Origin: Candidatus Moraniibacteriota bacterium
GTDB taxonomy: Bacteria; Patescibacteriota; Minisyncoccia; Moranbacterales; UBA11712
Length of the DNA: 64,000 nt
Direction of reading: 5' to 3'
NCBI GenBank assembly: GCA_030679895.1
Contig: JAUXSN010000026.1
Span: 24,661-88,660, forward strand
The notes under the pieces were generated by a model that saw nothing but the letters and a program-made list of their open reading frames with translations, made no database searches and had not been told where the DNA came from. Positions 43,149-52,887 of this stretch are shown here, one piece after another. Both the position numbers and the translations under genes were made by a program. The first letter of the stretch is position 1. Every line of letters begins with the position of its first letter.

Positions 43149-45689
43149 TTACAGCGGTTTTTCTCCCATATCGAATGCGTCAGCCGTGGCCGGCGTGGCG
43201 ATATAGCTCGCCTTTTTCATTATCTCTGCATTCACTATATCACGGCTGCGTCCATATTTCAACTTGGAAAGTTCTTTGATGGCTTCCGCCACTTTGGGAT
43301 TGCCCTTTGTCGGCGGATAGGTTTTCATATTGAACGGCGTTGCCACCTGGCTGTTGATCAGAAGCTTCATGAAACAATTGCGGTTATCCACGTTCATCAG
43401 ATCATTCGCGTCGAACACCGGCTCAAATTGCTTCTGCACAAATTCGGCGTCTTCCGCTCCGATCCGGAAGGAACAAATGGATCCGACGTTTCCAAAAACG
43501 GCTTTCGAAATTTCTTCTTTGAGCTGGGCAATGAATTGATGGGCGATAATGAGCGCCAAGCGGTATTTTCGGGCTTCCGAAAGGATCTGGGAGATCGAAT
43601 CGGTGGTGAAGTTCTGGAATTCGTCGATATAGAGATAGAAGTCTTTGCGTTCCGCTTCCGGCATATCCACCCGGGAAAGAGCGGCAATCAGAATTTTTCC
43701 GACAATCACCATTCCGAGAAGATTGGCGTTTATTTCACCGATTTTCCCCTTTGAAAGATTGACGAGAACAATTTGCTGGTCATCCATCGCCCGGCGGAAA
43801 TTCACCGTCGTCTTTTCCTGGGCGATAATCGGCCGCATCATATCGTTCGATATAAACTGCGTGAGTTTCGAGGTGATATAGGGAACCATATTCGCCAGCG
43901 CCGCCTCTCCGCCCGCTTTTTCGGCTTCCTTTTCCCAAAAATTCTTCACAATCGGGTTAGAGCAATAAGAAAGCTTCATGTGCCGGAATTCCTCATCGGC
44001 CAAAACCCTCGGGATCTCCATCAGGGTCGAACCTGATTCCGGATGCTCCATCACCAGAAGCGCCGCGTTTCGCATATATTGCTCGAACATCGGACCGCCG
44101 GTTTGCTTCAAATCATAAAGCTTGTCGAAAATATTGATGATTTCATTGATGACAAAAGTTTTTTGTTCCGGTTTATTGGTATCATACTCGAGCATATTGA
44201 GCCCGAAGGGGCGCTCCATATCCGCCGGGTCGAAATATATGACGTCTTCCGCCCGCTCTTTCGGAACGCATTCGATCACGTGTTCGACAAATTCGCCGTG
44301 AGGATCGATGACGCAAACGCCCCGACCGTTCTTGATGTCTTGCTTGACCATTTCTTCCATCATTGTTGATTTACCGGTTCCCGTCTGCCCGACGATATAG
44401 AAATGGCGGCGGCGGTCGTCATCATCGTGATGGATGACTGTTTCCACTCCCCGGTAATCATTGAATCCCAGAATTATTCCTTCTTTGGAAATATTCGGCG
44501 GCGGCGCGGCCGTCCGGGCCTTGAGCCAGGCAATTTTGGGAGTTTCCGTCGAAAAGAGCGGAAAATGGAAGATGCTGGATATTTCTTCCGAAGAAAGCAC
44601 GAAGCTTTGCTCGTTTTTGAAATTGCGGAAAATGAAATCGAAAGCGATTTTTTTCTCTTTTTTCTGATTTTCTCTCACAACCTTGAAGCCGTTTATACTC
44701 GGATTTTCGTACTGGATAAAAGCATTTTCCAGTTCCGCGAGAACTGCTTCGGCTCTTTCCTTGCTTAGGGCCGAGGATACCAGCCTGATGTTTGCGCTAA
44801 AACCGGGCTTATTAGCTTTTCCTTCAATTTTTTTGACAATTTCCTGCTCTTCCGGAGTGAGTTGGATAGTTTCCTTATCGGATTTAAAAACATCCCTTTT
44901 CTGGTCCTCGTTCTTTTTGACCATTACATTGAAAAATCCGCGGAAAAATTGCCGGAAAGGCGTGTCGCGTTTTACGTCGGAGAGGCGCCTCCCCTGCTGC
45001 ATTTTGTGGGCAATTTCCCTTCCCTTGCTCCTCCAATCTCCGCGGGCAGGCTTCACGAGCAGCTGGATGGCCGCCCCTTCTTTTTTTTCATCAAACTTTC
45101 CCAGAACATTGGTAATGTTGTTGAGCGGATCGGATTCCAAAGTTTGGTACGTGCGAAGCGGAAGACAATCTTTTTCCCGAAGTTTCAAATACGAAGCGGC
45201 AGTGAAGCTTCCCGGATAAAATATATTGTAGTCTTTCACGCGTTCAATGGCCGCTTTCGGATAAAAACTGTGAATTTGTCTTTCGACAATCTCAATAAAT
45301 TTTTTTGGAGCTCCCACATAGAAAGAAATTTCATCGTTTTCAGCCGGGTTGGAAATTTCCAGCGCGATCACCGCGTCGCCATAAATTATCCTGTGCCAAA
45401 GACCCGCTTTTTCTTTTATGTTTCCGAGGCTGGCGAAGAGATGCTCCATAACAGCGATTATCTCTTTTTCCGGCTTGGGCTGCTGTTGTTGCTGCTGGGA
45501 TGATTGCGATTGAGTTTTGAGAGAATGGCTGACCTTCACAACATCGATATCCATATTCAAAGAGCGGGTAATTTGTCCCTTGAATATGGTGAAGCTTCGA
45601 AAAATCATCCATCCGCCGGATATGAAACTAGCCAGAGCCAGAAGGCCAGCCAGCGGATAAAGTATTAAATTGAGGTTATAGGCGTCCAT
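43149..45689 (-). CDS. VirB4/TraC/TrbE-family (FtsK-HerA superfamily) secretion or conjugation-type ATPase with an N-terminal TM helix
   Basis: 846 aa; Walker A HFYIVGQTGTGKST...VIDPHGEF near aa 425; Walker B FYLYIDEFQNF; RKYRLALIIAHQF motif; VirB4-like domain order (large N-domain, ATPase in the C-terminal half). Confidence 0.6.
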   Translation of the reverse strand: MDAYNLNLILYPLAGLLALASFISGGWMIFRSFTIFKGQITRSLNMDIDVVKVSHSLKTQSQSSQQQQQQPKPEKEIIAVMEHLFASLGNIKEKAGLWHRIIYGDAVIALEISNPAENDEISFYVGAPKKFIEIVERQIHSFYPKAAIERVKDYNIFYPGSFTAASYLKLREKDCLPLRTYQTLESDPLNNITNVLGKFDEKKEGAAIQLLVKPARGDWRSKGREIAHKMQQGRRLSDVKRDTPFRQFFRGFFNVMVKKNEDQKRDVFKSDKETIQLTPEEQEIVKKIEGKANKPGFSANIRLVSSALSKERAEAVLAELENAFIQYENPSINGFKVVRENQKKEKKIAFDFIFRNFKNEQSFVLSSEEISSIFHFPLFSTETPKIAWLKARTAAPPPNISKEGIILGFNDYRGVETVIHHDDDDRRRHFYIVGQTGTGKSTMMEEMVKQDIKNGRGVCVIDPHGEFVEHVIECVPKERAEDVIYFDPADMERPFGLNMLEYDTNKPEQKTFVINEIINIFDKLYDLKQTGGPMFEQYMRNAALLVMEHPESGSTLMEIPRVLADEEFRHMKLSYCSNPIVKNFWEKEAEKAGGEAALANMVPYITSKLTQFISNDMMRPIIAQEKTTVNFRRAMDDQQIVLVNLSKGKIGEINANLLGMVIVGKILIAALSRVDMPEAERKDFYLYIDEFQNFTTDSISQILSEARKYRLALIIAHQFIAQLKEEISKAVFGNVGSICSFRIGAEDAEFVQKQFEPVFDANDLMNVDNRNCFMKLLINSQVATPFNMKTYPPTKGNPKVAEAIKELSKLKYGRSRDIVNAEIMKKASYIATPATADAFDMGEKPL

Positions 45690-45716
45690 TTTTTATTTTT
45701 ATTTCCACTATACAGT

Positions 45717-46253
45717 CTACAATTCCACAAGAAGTCCTTTTTGGAAAAGCTGTTTTCTCAAATCTTCCTCGATCATCTTATCGTGCAACTCGTCCAAAGT
45801 GTAATTGTCGTTGGCGTCCATATGTTGAGCTACTTTTATGGCGTGTTCCGGCCCCTTTTGAAGAGCCAACTCCACCAGCTTTTCGACTTTTTTTTCGTAT
45901 TCGGCAATTCCGGCCACTATTTTGGCATCGTCGGCAATTGTGGTCGCCACGGGCGTTTTTTGCGTGCTGATGGTTTTGCGGACAGTTTCGATTTTTTCGG
46001 ACACTTTTTCTTCCTGGAATTCTCCTCCGATTTCCCGCTCGAGACCGGGAGTTTCAATTTCTCCTGCTAATATACTTTCCGCCGACTCCGTCGAAGGTAA
46101 TATTTCTTCCTGTTCCGACGGTTTTTCAGAAACGTTTTTTTCTTCATTTATAAAGGTTTTTTCGGGATTCAAAGCCTCGCCCGGACCGGTAAATTTTTTC
46201 GTCAAATCAAGATCCTCCTTTTCGATTGGCTCCTGATAATTGGACTGTGCCAT
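45717..46253 (-). CDS. Hypothetical acidic protein (178 aa)
   Basis: Co-directional, 27 nt upstream of the ATPase; Glu-rich. Confidence 0.45.
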   Translation of the reverse strand: MAQSNYQEPIEKEDLDLTKKFTGPGEALNPEKTFINEEKNVSEKPSEQEEILPSTESAESILAGEIETPGLEREIGGEFQEEKVSEKIETVRKTISTQKTPVATTIADDAKIVAGIAEYEKKVEKLVELALQKGPEHAIKVAQHMDANDNYTLDELHDKMIEEDLRKQLFQKGLLVEL

Positions 46254-46314
46254 TGGGATAAATTTATCAATTAGTTAGATAATGCAAAAACCGCACTTTT
46301 ACGCATCCTGACCT

Positions 46315-46653
46315 TTATTTATTTTCCACTGGAGCATTTTTGCCAAAGCTGGCGATATCTTCTTTTAATTCGTCCTTTAATTCACTGACAACTTTCTTCA
46401 CGAATTCGTCGTAGTCGCTTATCTTGCTTCGGAGAAAAGATTCGACTTTCTCCTGATCGGATTTTTCCTCCAGCATTTTCATCAATTCCTGCTGATCTTC
46501 TTTCGTTAATCTGTCCATCGTTTCCATATACAAGCGCTTCAAAACAAGTTCCAGCAAGTCAACCAGAATTTGCGCTTTTCTTTCTTCGGGTAAATCTCCA
46601 AGTCCCAGCTCATCAATAATTGTTTGTTGTAAGATCGTATTTTTTTCGGTCAT
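46315..46653 (-). CDS. Hypothetical acidic helical protein (112 aa)
   Basis: Co-directional member of the cluster. Confidence 0.45.
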   Translation of the reverse strand: MTEKNTILQQTIIDELGLGDLPEERKAQILVDLLELVLKRLYMETMDRLTKEDQQELMKMLEEKSDQEKVESFLRSKISDYDEFVKKVVSELKDELKEDIASFGKNAPVENK

Positions 46654-46670
46654 TTTGTTTATTTAATTAT

Positions 46671-48938
46671 TTATGCGTTGACTACTCTTTTTAGAGTTCT
46701 AACTATTTCTTCAGGCGTTACTTTCCCCTGCGCTAATCCTCTTTGAAGCCAACTTTCCGTGCTTTCATTGCCAAGGGTTGGCCCCAGCTTTCTATTCAGC
46801 TCTTGAGCTGCCCGCCAATACTGTTGCTGTTCGCCAACATTAGCCGGCGGTCCCATCGGCTGATCGGAAGTTAGAAATGATCCCAACATTCTTTTTCTGA
46901 ATTCGCTGGCCGGCTCCCTCCAATCAACAGTTGTACCCTCGCCGTATATTCTTTCTTGAATGAAATCCATCCATTTGTGCGTTTGAGTGTTATCTATCGC
47001 AGCCGTTTCAGCAATTCTATCCGCTATTAGCGGTCCTCTTGATTGGACTAAAGCTTCGTGGGTCTGAGCTGATATTGCGGCTTTCTTCGCATAATTTTCT
47101 TGAGCCATTTTTTGCCGATTATCAAGCGCTTGATCCAACGCCGAACGTTTTCCAGTAGTTTCATAAGTGCTCGCTCCTCGCGGATGATTATCGGCAACGG
47201 CTCTCCCTGCTCCTCCGGGCGCGGAAGCTTCTGCTACAGCTTGTCCGGCACCGCCTGCCCGTGGAACATCATGTATGTGGCCCGCCTTTATTCCCGAAGT
47301 TTCACCAAGTAAAATATGCCCGTCTGCGTCGAGAGTGATCGAATCTCCCGGATGAACCACGATGTTGCCTATACCCTGTTCTTTTATGGCGCCCACCGTT
47401 CTCCATTCAGCCCAAATTTTATGTTTTTGATCGTCCGTCAAGCCGCTGAAGTCTTCAACCCCTTTTATGCCTAAACGCTTCAGAATACCTTGATCCTTGA
47501 ACGATCCAAACAGTCTTTTTGCCTCATCGTCGCTATATCCGTATTCATCAAAATGTTGCATAAAAATATCTCGCGTGCTTCTCCAAACGCTCCCGCCTTC
47601 TCCTACTTTTGCTGTACCTCCGGTAAATTCCCAATGCTCTACCTGTTCATATCCAGGTACTATTGGACCATGTTTCTGATCAGGGTTGATAATTCCTTTC
47701 CCGGCTCCGGCTGGCATTTCCGCATCGGTAATTGAACTGTGCGCGGCATCGTAAAAACCGGTTTTTCCGCCTCCGAACGAATGCGTCACCTTTTCCCAAG
47801 CCTGGCCGAAGAATCCTTTAATATCGGCTGCGTAATAGCTGGCGATAGTGCCCGCCAAAAATGTTCCGCCCGCAAGCCCAAGCGCCAATTTTTTATGTTT
47901 TGCGTCTTTATCAGCAAATGCTTGCTCCTCCCCTGTTATTGATTTTAAGCCTTCCCTTTCCGCAATAAAAGCGTTCCATTCTTCATCCGTTTTTTGTTTT
48001 TTGGCCTCAATTATTTTTAAAACATCGGCTTGAACTTCTTTTTCCTTTTTTTCCACGAAGCCTTTCTCCATTCTTTTCTTCAACGCATAACCGGCTCCTA
48101 CAGAACCAAAAGCGCGCCACGCCATTGCTGCCGACGCCCCGGCTGATCCAACTGCCACAATACCCAAAGCGGGCAAACTGGCCGCGATAAGAGACGTTGC
48201 GGCAAAACCAATGGCCGCGGCAGTTGCCACCCCTTTCGCAACTCCTTTTACGGTCAATTTTCCATCCTTTAGAAATTGTTTGGAGATAAACTCCCGGTAA
48301 TTCTTGCTGACGTTTGCCAAGCCCACAAAAGCATTGTTAAATGTGGCATCTTTTGCTCGAATTCCGTCTTCCTCCAGCCTCGATTTGATGGCAACCATTG
48401 TCTCGTGATAATTTGTCTCAAATTCCGCCCACTCTTGCTCATTTCCGCTCAAGACGTGCCTGCCAGCAGCCATTAATTTCGGGTGCAAAGTTTTTCTATT
48501 TTCCAGGTATCCCTTGATTTCTTCATCTTCAATATTTCTTTTCCATATACCCAAAGCTTCAAAAATAATCTTCAATTTGCCTTTCGATTTATGCCTTGCT
48601 GCGGCTATCTTTTTTTCATTTTCATCAAATTCCTTCCTCACTTGATCAAATTCTTTCCGGATTTTTCTTTCTTCTTCAAGCGTTGCCAAAGGAACCGGTG
48701 GCTGATCAATCCGACTGCCCCGGCTACCACCTTCAAATTCACTGAACCTCTTTGGCTCTCTTTTTTCCTCGGTTCCAGCTCTATCGTGACCAGGCTCACC
48801 TCCCATAAGCCCCGCCCCGGATTTTTCAACGGGTTCCGGTTCAGCATCGGGAGACGTGGCTGCTGGAGTCGCAGTTACAAGATCTTCAGGCTTCCCGGGT
48901 CGCGGATTGATATCTTTTCTTAAACCTTCTCTTATCAT
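46671..48938 (-). CDS. Large hypothetical protein (755 aa) with a central Gly/Ala-rich block of 2-3 TM helices; GC-richer than the flanks
   Basis: Hydrophobic block GVATAAAIGFAATSLIAASLPALGIVAVGSAGASAAMAW; no recognised catalytic motif. Confidence 0.5.
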   Translation of the reverse strand: MIREGLRKDINPRPGKPEDLVTATPAATSPDAEPEPVEKSGAGLMGGEPGHDRAGTEEKREPKRFSEFEGGSRGSRIDQPPVPLATLEEERKIRKEFDQVRKEFDENEKKIAAARHKSKGKLKIIFEALGIWKRNIEDEEIKGYLENRKTLHPKLMAAGRHVLSGNEQEWAEFETNYHETMVAIKSRLEEDGIRAKDATFNNAFVGLANVSKNYREFISKQFLKDGKLTVKGVAKGVATAAAIGFAATSLIAASLPALGIVAVGSAGASAAMAWRAFGSVGAGYALKKRMEKGFVEKKEKEVQADVLKIIEAKKQKTDEEWNAFIAEREGLKSITGEEQAFADKDAKHKKLALGLAGGTFLAGTIASYYAADIKGFFGQAWEKVTHSFGGGKTGFYDAAHSSITDAEMPAGAGKGIINPDQKHGPIVPGYEQVEHWEFTGGTAKVGEGGSVWRSTRDIFMQHFDEYGYSDDEAKRLFGSFKDQGILKRLGIKGVEDFSGLTDDQKHKIWAEWRTVGAIKEQGIGNIVVHPGDSITLDADGHILLGETSGIKAGHIHDVPRAGGAGQAVAEASAPGGAGRAVADNHPRGASTYETTGKRSALDQALDNRQKMAQENYAKKAAISAQTHEALVQSRGPLIADRIAETAAIDNTQTHKWMDFIQERIYGEGTTVDWREPASEFRKRMLGSFLTSDQPMGPPANVGEQQQYWRAAQELNRKLGPTLGNESTESWLQRGLAQGKVTPEEIVRTLKRVVNA

Positions 48939-48945
48939 ATAAATT

Positions 48946-49986
48946 TTATTTACTTTTAGCTAAAAAATCTTCAATTTCAGTTGCTTCTTCAAAAAACTTG
49001 GCTATTTGTTTAACACCCTCTTCGCTAAAATTTTCTTCTCTTGCAATTTCTTCCACAAAACCGATAAATTCCAAGTTGAGAGCGGCTAGCTCTCCCTTTT
49101 TTATATCTATTTTATCCTTTTCTTTTCTATAACGGTTTAAAACCGGCATCAGCCAATCTTTCAAAAAATATTCAACATCCTCTTCCGGCAGTTTGGCTAT
49201 TTCGCTTAAGGCTGCGTTTGCTTTGTTCAGAGCTTTCATCTTGACATCAACTATTCTTTTTTCATTCGGAGATAAACTATCATAATTTAGTGCCAGCGAT
49301 TCGCGAGCTTCCTGAATTCCCGCTTTTTTGAATAATTCTTCTTTTATATCCGTTTCGGCAGGTTCCCTTTCTCCGGCAGCATCACCGGCTTCGGAACCAC
49401 TTTTCCCAATATTTTCTCTTCTTTTTTCGATTTTTCGCAACTCCTTATAAGAAGTAAGAAATTTGCTTAATTCCCTCTCCGGATTGAGGCAGCGTTTATA
49501 TACCGCGTTTTGCGCAAATTGTGTATACTTTATTTTTTTCCCGGCTAACTCCAAATCGGCTATTCCAGCCGCTATATCTTGAAAAATTTGCTCCATAGAT
49601 TCTTCGATTTTTTCTATGGAACTTGAAAACTCATCGATCTCTTTTGCTAAATCGTCATAATTTATTCCCTTGCTTTCAATCAGCCTCTTTCTTTCAGCAT
49701 TTTCTTTCGCCACAAGCGCCCATTCCATTTTTTCTTTCAACTTGCCGTACGCCTCCTTGATCGCTTCTTTTATTTCTTCGCCATATTCCTTTTTGATCTT
49801 TTCTATTTTCGCTTTTTTTTCCTCGGAATCAAATTCATCTTTAATCCCTTGGTTTACCACCAATTTTTCTTCTTCCGCAACAGCTATTCCAGGGACAGTA
49901 ATTTTCCTATCTGCCGCCGAGGCAACCGCGGCTCCCTTTACTTCCAAACCCGGAGCTACTCCCGATGTTTTTTTCCTTCCACTCAT
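48946..49986 (-). CDS. Hypothetical coiled-coil protein (346 aa)
   Basis: K/E-rich heptad-like sequence; 7-nt gap to the downstream gene. Confidence 0.45.
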   Translation of the reverse strand: MSGRKKTSGVAPGLEVKGAAVASAADRKITVPGIAVAEEEKLVVNQGIKDEFDSEEKKAKIEKIKKEYGEEIKEAIKEAYGKLKEKMEWALVAKENAERKRLIESKGINYDDLAKEIDEFSSSIEKIEESMEQIFQDIAAGIADLELAGKKIKYTQFAQNAVYKRCLNPERELSKFLTSYKELRKIEKRRENIGKSGSEAGDAAGEREPAETDIKEELFKKAGIQEARESLALNYDSLSPNEKRIVDVKMKALNKANAALSEIAKLPEEDVEYFLKDWLMPVLNRYRKEKDKIDIKKGELAALNLEFIGFVEEIAREENFSEEGVKQIAKFFEEATEIEDFLAKSK

Positions 49987-50159
49987 TTCGTCAAAATAAA
50001 ATTAAACTAGCGCAAAACTAGTCTGCGTTCGTAATTGGATTATACCACAAAATTAATGTGAAAAGAACCCTGTGGATAACTTTTTCTTCAAAAAAATAAC
50101 CCCGATCCGAATCAAGCAGCGCCTGATTCGAAACGGGGGTCGGAAAAACTTACCGTTGC

Positions 50160-50966
50160 TTAGAACACCTCCAGGGGAATCCGAGCTTCTCCCTTCGGAT
50201 CCCCATTGGGGACGATACGAATTTCGCGTTTACCGGGAGCAGAAAATGTGAAGGTATTGGGGTGCTTGATCGTCATTGCGACCGAGCCATCAAACTCGAT
50301 TCGGTCCGAATCATCATTGATGTCGGAGCGGATGAAGAGTAAATCAAACCCGCTTTTCAACCTAATGCCCTGTTTATGGTTTTCGGGGGAGATTATCTCC
50401 ACTTTCCCTCCCTCAATCCTGAATGTGATAATCCGGTCATTGATTTTTTTATCCGTGGGAATTATTACCGCGGTCAAAGGCCTTTCCTTCACCGCTGCCT
50501 GTCCATTCCAATGCGCAATAGACATCGTGACCCCGGACCAAATTTCAATAATGTCTCCGCTGACACGGAGAAAGCCATTAGGGATATCCCTTTCCTCCTT
50601 GACGAATTTTATCCCCCCGCGTATAGGCTGCATCACCAGGTAACTAAGTTCCGGAGCGGAACTGCCTTTTGTAAAAGAGAAAACAATGGCATCTTTGCCC
50701 GCGCCAAAAAAATTGCGGACCGGCTCCACGATTCCAGCCGAATGCTCTGTATAGCTGATAACCTTTTTCAGCTTTCCCCCAGACTTGAGAAATATCTGAA
50801 CATGGGTCTGGTCAGATTGGAAATCCGTGCAATAAACGACCCGGTAATGCTTTTTGCCCCACTTCAGGAAAAAATTCCCCTCTTCGGCCTTTCCCGGAGC
50901 AGGAAAAGCAAATAAGATCAGAAAAACTACCGCTAATACGCCACACAAATTTTTAAAAAACAACAT
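50160..50966 (-). CDS. Hypothetical secreted protein (signal peptide MLFFKNLCGVLAVVFLILFAFPAPGKA), first gene of the cluster
   Basis: GGAGGG SD before the ATG at 50966; the track ORF extends to 51014. Confidence 0.45.
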   Translation of the reverse strand: MLFFKNLCGVLAVVFLILFAFPAPGKAEEGNFFLKWGKKHYRVVYCTDFQSDQTHVQIFLKSGGKLKKVISYTEHSAGIVEPVRNFFGAGKDAIVFSFTKGSSAPELSYLVMQPIRGGIKFVKEERDIPNGFLRVSGDIIEIWSGVTMSIAHWNGQAAVKERPLTAVIIPTDKKINDRIITFRIEGGKVEIISPENHKQGIRLKSGFDLLFIRSDINDDSDRIEFDGSVAMTIKHPNTFTFSAPGKREIRIVPNGDPKGEARIPLEVF

Positions 50967-51094
50967 GAAGTTCACCCTCCCCGTCCGAGTTTTTTTACCA
51001 CTTTGCCTAATCATTAGGGTAAATTGCTGTTTTTGTCAAGTTATTGCTGGCCGGACTTTTTTAGTGTATAATAATATCGTACCGCGATGAAATT

Positions 51095-52789
51095 TTGAAA
51101 CAAAAAATGCGAAAGAGAATAAAAACTCGATGGAAAAGATGGAGAAGTGTCGCGAGTGATTATATCCGCTATAAGCCGGAACAAAAACTCGGCCGCCGGC
51201 AGAAATATTTATATCTGCTGCTTGGCGCGGTTATCGTGATCGGCGCTTTTGCAATCCGGGCCTACCACATTTCTTCTCTTCCGCCGGGAATATATCCCGA
51301 TGAAGCAGTCAACGGCACGGATGCCATAAACGCGATTGAAACCGGCCATTTTCGGCTTTTTTATCCGAATAATTACGGACGGGAGGGGCTATACATAAAC
51401 CTCATTGCTTTAGGATTTATTTTTTTCGGCGTCAGTATCATCACTCTCAAGATTTGGTCAGTATTTTTCGGGACTCTGACTGTGCTCGGAATGATCTTTC
51501 TTGGCCGGGAATTGTTCCGGTCCTGGCACGCGGGACTGGTCGCCGGATTTTTGTACGCCACCACTTTTTGGGCCATAAATTTCAACCGGATCGCTTTCCG
51601 CGCCAATATGCTTCCCTTCGTCCTGGTTTTTTCTTTTTATTTCCTTTTTAGAGGGTTGCGAACCAAAAAAAAGATAAACTACGTCCTCGCCGGAACACTT
51701 TTCGGACTCGGTACTCATACCTACATCGCGTTTCGGGTCGCTCCCGCGATACTGATCGCCCTTTTTATTGCTCTGATTCTCGCAAAAAAATCTTTTTTGA
51801 AAACATATTGGAAAGAAATTTCCATTTATGTTCTTTCTATGTTTTTCGTGGCTCTTCCGATCCTTCTCACTTTCTACGCCCATCCGGAATATTTCGAAAC
51901 CCGCTCCGAAGCGGTTTCCGTTTTTTCTCCGAAAGTCAACCAGGGCCATCTTTGGCAGGCCCTGGGAACCAGCGCCCGCCTTACTTTCGGCATGTTTAAT
52001 TTCAAAGGAGACCAGAATTGGCGTCATAATCTCCCCAGTCAGCCGGAACTTCAATCCTGGACGGGAACATTTTTCCTGATCGGAATTATATTTTTATTTT
52101 TTCAGCTTTTTTATTGGATTTTTTGGAGAATTAAAAATGGAATTCGAAACGATAATTTGACTCTTCCCGTGCTTCTCCTCTCTTGGATCTTTATCATGCT
52201 TCTTCCGGAAATGCTGGCCTATGAAGGCCTGCCGCACACGTTGAGAGCCATCGGCTCGCTCCCTGCCGCCATTTTAATAGCTGTTTTCTCAATTGAAGTC
52301 TTCAGGAGATGGATAATGAAAATCAGTATCGGATACATCAAGATTCCGCTTTATATTTTGCTGGTTTCAGCTGTTTTATTCAGCGGCTATATCTCAACCA
52401 AAAGATATTTTGTCGATTGGGGCCAGAGCCTCGATATTCATCCGGCTTTTTCTCAAAATTTGAAGAATATGGCCCTTTACCTCAATAGCGCTCCCGACAG
52501 TTATCATAAGTACATAGTCGCCAATGCCGGCGGGCAGATTATGGACGATGGCCTGCCGGTTTCCGCCGAGGCGGTAAAAATGCTAACATACTATCGGACT
52601 CCCGGAATAACTTATCTTCGTCCCGGTTTTGATCCGTCCGTTATAAAATCTCCGGCAAAAATGGTCCTGATGTATTACGACGGAGTGATTATTGCCGATA
52701 TTAAATCAAGATTTTCAAACGTTTACATCCAAAAACTGGATCCCCAACCCGGAAACGGAACCGATTATTTTGTAATAAACATTAATTGA
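51095..52789 (+). CDS. GT-C fold glycosyltransferase, ArnT/PMT family (GT39-like)
   Basis: YPDEAVNG DE motif in the first periplasmic loop; polytopic; 564 aa. Confidence 0.6.
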   Translation: MKQKMRKRIKTRWKRWRSVASDYIRYKPEQKLGRRQKYLYLLLGAVIVIGAFAIRAYHISSLPPGIYPDEAVNGTDAINAIETGHFRLFYPNNYGREGLYINLIALGFIFFGVSIITLKIWSVFFGTLTVLGMIFLGRELFRSWHAGLVAGFLYATTFWAINFNRIAFRANMLPFVLVFSFYFLFRGLRTKKKINYVLAGTLFGLGTHTYIAFRVAPAILIALFIALILAKKSFLKTYWKEISIYVLSMFFVALPILLTFYAHPEYFETRSEAVSVFSPKVNQGHLWQALGTSARLTFGMFNFKGDQNWRHNLPSQPELQSWTGTFFLIGIIFLFFQLFYWIFWRIKNGIRNDNLTLPVLLLSWIFIMLLPEMLAYEGLPHTLRAIGSLPAAILIAVFSIEVFRRWIMKISIGYIKIPLYILLVSAVLFSGYISTKRYFVDWGQSLDIHPAFSQNLKNMALYLNSAPDSYHKYIVANAGGQIMDDGLPVSAEAVKMLTYYRTPGITYLRPGFDPSVIKSPAKMVLMYYDGVIIADIKSRFSNVYIQKLDPQPGNGTDYFVININ

Positions 52790-52881
52790 CAGTGATCAGC
52801 AAACAACGAACAGTGAACAATATTTTATTTAGAAGAAAAATAAAAAAATATTGATCACTGATCACTGATCATTGTTCACTG
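52790..52881. repeat. Long palindrome of CAGTGATCA/CAGTGAACA words with an AT-rich loop, between the two GT-C genes
   Basis: cagtgatcagcaaacaacgaacagtgaacaa - AT loop - ttgatcactgatcactgatcattgttcactg; second copy of the family seen at 646..718. Confidence 0.7.
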
Positions 52882-52887
52882 AAGACT

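Noticed and set aside
43149-45689. Calling the ATPase a VirD4/TraG coupling protein or HerA helicase
   Set aside because: Walker A sits near residue 425 of 846 after a large N-domain with a single TM, which matches VirB4/TraC architecture and not VirD4 (Walker A near the N-terminus after 2 TMs). No NurA-like partner is present to support HerA. I keep it as VirB4-family, with the classification flagged for HMM checking.
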